From Halorutilales archaeon Cl-col2-1 (lineage in GTDB: Archaea; Halobacteriota; Halobacteria; Halobacteriales; Afararchaeaceae), in the NCBI GenBank assembly GCA_041891055.1, contig CP169074.1, positions 416,001-480,000 of the forward strand: DNA of 64,000 nucleotides, in the 5' to 3' direction. Shown here in pieces: positions 61,406-64,000 of this stretch (positions within the stretch are counted from its first letter, which is position 1; every line of letters starts with the position of its first letter). Under the pieces are notes generated by a model. The model did no database searches and was not told where the DNA came from. It saw only the letters and a program-made list of their open reading frames with translations. The translations under genes and the position numbers were made by a program.

Positions 61406-62089
61406 TCAAGAAGTTAGCTCCTCCGCCAGATCCGAGAGGCTCTCGACGACAAGATCCGGCTCTCCGCCAACCCTTTCCTCTGGCTCCGTCTTCCTGTTCA
61501 CCCAAGCTGTCGCCATACCTGCCTGTGAGGCTCCTGCTATGTCCCACGCGTTCGACGACACGAGACGGCAGTTACCTATCTGCCTGTCGAGTCTATCCGC
61601 GGCGTTCTCGTAGACGACGGGCGACGGCTTGAAGTCAGAGACCTCGTCGGCACTTATTATGTCGTCCACGTAGCCGTCTATCCCCGTGTTCTCGGCGAGT
61701 CTTTCGAGCATATCGGGGTTTCCGTTCGAGAGTACCGCGAGTCTGTAGCCGTCGGAGAGTGAGTTAAGGGCATCTAAGGTGTCGGAGAACGGGTCGAGAC
61801 TGTCGTATGACTTCATCAGGCGTTCTGTCTCGTCGGAAGTTGCATCGATCGAGTAGAAGTCGAGTGAGTAATCGAGAGCCTTTGAAGTAATCTCCCAGAA
61901 GGTCTCGTACTCCCCCATCTGGGCGGACTGGTACGAGTACTGGAGCTGTTTACGTCTCCAGAGTTCGTCTACCGAGGCTCCGAAGCTCTCGGTGAGACCG
62001 AGGACGTCAGATATCTCTTCCCTGACGCTCGAAGTGTCACACAGGGTTCCGTACATGTCGAAACACAGAGCTTCGCCTTGTCGTGTCAC
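61406..62089 (-). CDS. Haloacid dehalogenase type II
   Basis: FDMYGTL, WRRKQLQY, LSNG, FKP, VSSNAWD. Start (GTG 62089) estimated. Confidence 0.9.
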   Translation of the reverse strand: MTRQGEALCFDMYGTLCDTSSVREEISDVLGLTESFGASVDELWRRKQLQYSYQSAQMGEYETFWEITSKALDYSLDFYSIDATSDETERLMKSYDSLDPFSDTLDALNSLSDGYRLAVLSNGNPDMLERLAENTGIDGYVDDIISADEVSDFKPSPVVYENAADRLDRQIGNCRLVSSNAWDIAGASQAGMATAWVNRKTEPEERVGGEPDLVVESLSDLAEELTS

Positions 62090-62173
62090 GGCGTCGTTTA
62101 GCCGCCGTGATCGGATATAACTTCTGGAGAACAGAGGAGAAGGCATATACACAGACCCGACGAAGACTAACCG

Positions 62174-62812
62174 ATGTCAGATTACAGAGTTCTATCAGTC
62201 GACGACGTCGGAGACGACACAGTTAGCGTCGAGATCGAGTCACCAGCCGACCTCTCGGATTCGGCGTCGCCGGGTCAGTTCGTCGAGATTTCGGCTGAGA
62301 TAGACGGCGAAGAGGTCTCTCGTTACTACACTATCTCGTCGCCGTATGTCACCGAGACCTTCGAGACGACCGTCGAGGTCGATCCCGAGGGAGATCTGAG
62401 TCCTTACCTTTCGACTCCGGAGGACTCGGTCTCCGTCTCAGTCGAGGGTCCTTACGGCAGTAGCTACTACGAAGGGGAGAAAGATGTCGTCGTCTTAGCT
62501 GGAGGACCTGGTGTAGGTCCCGCAGTCGGTATAGCCGAGAGGGCAGTCGACGACGGCGGTTCGGCGACAGTTATCTACTACGACGACGATCCCGTCCACC
62601 GCGATAGACTCAACGCCGTCGACACTAGTGAGAGAGGCGAGGTCATCTACGTCGAGACCGACACTGACTTCACCGACTCTGTCTCGGATGCCGTCGAGTC
62701 GGGAAGTCAGGTCTTCGTCTACGGCTTCGAGGAGTTCGTGGAGAAAGCGCGCGACGCCCTCGAAGACGCTGGCTACGACATCGAAGAAGCCAAGATAGAG
62801 TCGTTTGGATGA
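62174..62812 (+). CDS. FAD-binding FR-type oxidoreductase
   Basis: PGQFV, RYYTISS, EGPYG, LAGGPGVGP, ESF. Confidence 0.85.
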   Translation: MSDYRVLSVDDVGDDTVSVEIESPADLSDSASPGQFVEISAEIDGEEVSRYYTISSPYVTETFETTVEVDPEGDLSPYLSTPEDSVSVSVEGPYGSSYYEGEKDVVVLAGGPGVGPAVGIAERAVDDGGSATVIYYDDDPVHRDRLNAVDTSERGEVIYVETDTDFTDSVSDAVESGSQVFVYGFEEFVEKARDALEDAGYDIEEAKIESFG

Positions 62813-62863
62813 GGTATGGGATCAGTACGGTAAAAGTATTAGACTGCGTGACTTATACCGGGT

Positions 62864-63085
62864 ATGACTGACACTGATACTGACACTGACACCGACACCG
62901 ACACCAACTTCGACAGTCTTCTGTCCGAGGCGGATCGCATAGAGGACGAGATAGACGACTGTGATGACTGTGAGGGGGACTACGTATGTGAGACCCACAC
63001 AGCCAAGCTAGCCACTCTCGGAGGCGTCGTCGATCTCGGTGCGGAAGACAGCAATAGCACGGATTCCGAGGAACGCGACGTCTGA
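62864..63085 (+). CDS. Small acidic protein with (TD)6 repeat and CxxC..CxxH motif
   Basis: MTDTDTDTDTDTDT...CDDC....VCETH. Confidence 0.6.
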   Translation: MTDTDTDTDTDTDTNFDSLLSEADRIEDEIDDCDDCEGDYVCETHTAKLATLGGVVDLGAEDSNSTDSEERDV

Positions 63086-63141
63086 GTCCAGGGAGAAAAG
63101 TATCGTCCTTAATATAAACCCGAACAACAATAGACGTCTTA

Positions 63142-63654
63142 ATGGCGTCCGACACTGAGAGAGACACTGAGACTGATAACGGCTCCGACACGGAGGACGA
63201 AGACGTCCCAATAGACCTGACAACTGTGAGGGGTATGATAGACGACGCCGCGTTCAATGAGGTTGAGACGGTGACCTCTGACGACGACGTCTTCCAGATA
63301 AACTGCTGGTTACAGAACACCGCCGTCTCTGTCACGGGGATACCCCACGAGGAAAGGATAGTCGTCTCGGGACGTGTCGAGATCGAAGACTGGCGTGAGT
63401 TCGACTCTCTCTCCGATCCTGACAGACACGCCTTCTACGAGAGGATATCCGAAGTGGTAAGTGGGCAGCCGGTGACACGCCACTTTGTCGACGAGTTAGG
63501 GCAGCCAGTCACCTTCGACGAGGCGAGGGAGATAAGAGTCGCAAGACGTCTCTACGGCGACGTGGGTAAGCAGGAGATAATGGACGCCGTCTTCCTCGTG
63601 AGACGTTACGTCGACCTACTCAACGTCTCAGTCGACAGGTTTCTGGTGGAGTAG
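63142..63654 (+). CDS. Hypothetical acidic protein (possibly DUF2299-like)
   Basis: Acidic ORF; C-terminal RRLY..VGKQEIMDAV pattern. Family call tentative. Confidence 0.6.
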   Translation: MASDTERDTETDNGSDTEDEDVPIDLTTVRGMIDDAAFNEVETVTSDDDVFQINCWLQNTAVSVTGIPHEERIVVSGRVEIEDWREFDSLSDPDRHAFYERISEVVSGQPVTRHFVDELGQPVTFDEAREIRVARRLYGDVGKQEIMDAVFLVRRYVDLLNVSVDRFLVE

Positions 63655-63843
63655 ATCGAGACTGCGTGCGACATAAGGTCTGTCTCCCCAGCTTCTGTGC
63701 GGAGAGATAGCCGTTATCAAGCTCTGAGCTTTGTCGTGGATGGTAGTTACGTAGGATTGGACATGTCTTGCACACTGTCGACTACGGCTACTGCCCTTCA
63801 GTACCAGTATGGTTATACACGGGTATCACTTACTCCTCGAACC

Positions 63844-64000
63844 ATGTCTCCCTTTGATACAAAGCTAACTAAGACTCTCAACATAGATCTTCCAATAGTC
63901 CAAGCACCGATAGGGAGTGCGACGTGTCCCGAGCTCGTAACCGCTGTGTCTGAGGCGGGAGCCTTAGGAATGCTGTCCGTGACTTGGAGGGACGAAAGCG
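63844..64000 (+). CDS. Nitronate monooxygenase family flavoprotein, runs off the window edge
   Basis: TKLTKTLNIDLPIVQAPIGSATCPELVTAVSEAGALGML. Confidence 0.85.
   Translation, partial: MSPFDTKLTKTLNIDLPIVQAPIGSATCPELVTAVSEAGALGMLSVTWRDES

Overview
Chromosomal window from an extremely halophilic archaeon (class Halobacteria). Evidence: very acidic proteins, Tat and PGF-CTERM proteins, bacterial-type LeuRS, EF-1beta operon and a Bat-like regulator. A deep-branching lineage such as Halorutilales is a guess only. Most of the window is housekeeping and metabolism: RNase R fragment, mobA, PAC2, csp, ppa, leuS, htpX, katG, EF-1beta, pabBAC, tspO, ABC exporter, S-layer-like protein and five histidine kinases. 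It also has a compact non-oxidative pentose phosphate operon (rpe-tktN-tktC-tal) and three mobile elements: one IS6 with TIRs and an 8-bp TSD, and two tnpB-only IS200/IS605 elements whose ends I resolved by hand. The strongest unexplained signals are (1) an ORF-poor gap after leuS holding tandem DtxR-type boxes and a minus-strand structured RNA closed by a canonical bulge-helix-bulge motif, which predicts a metal-regulated, EndA-excised ~166-nt circular RNA, and (2) three 45-51 bp twin-hairpin micro-insertions nested in one tnpB element. No rRNA, tRNA or CRISPR array was seen. All calls come from manual reading; no searches were run.
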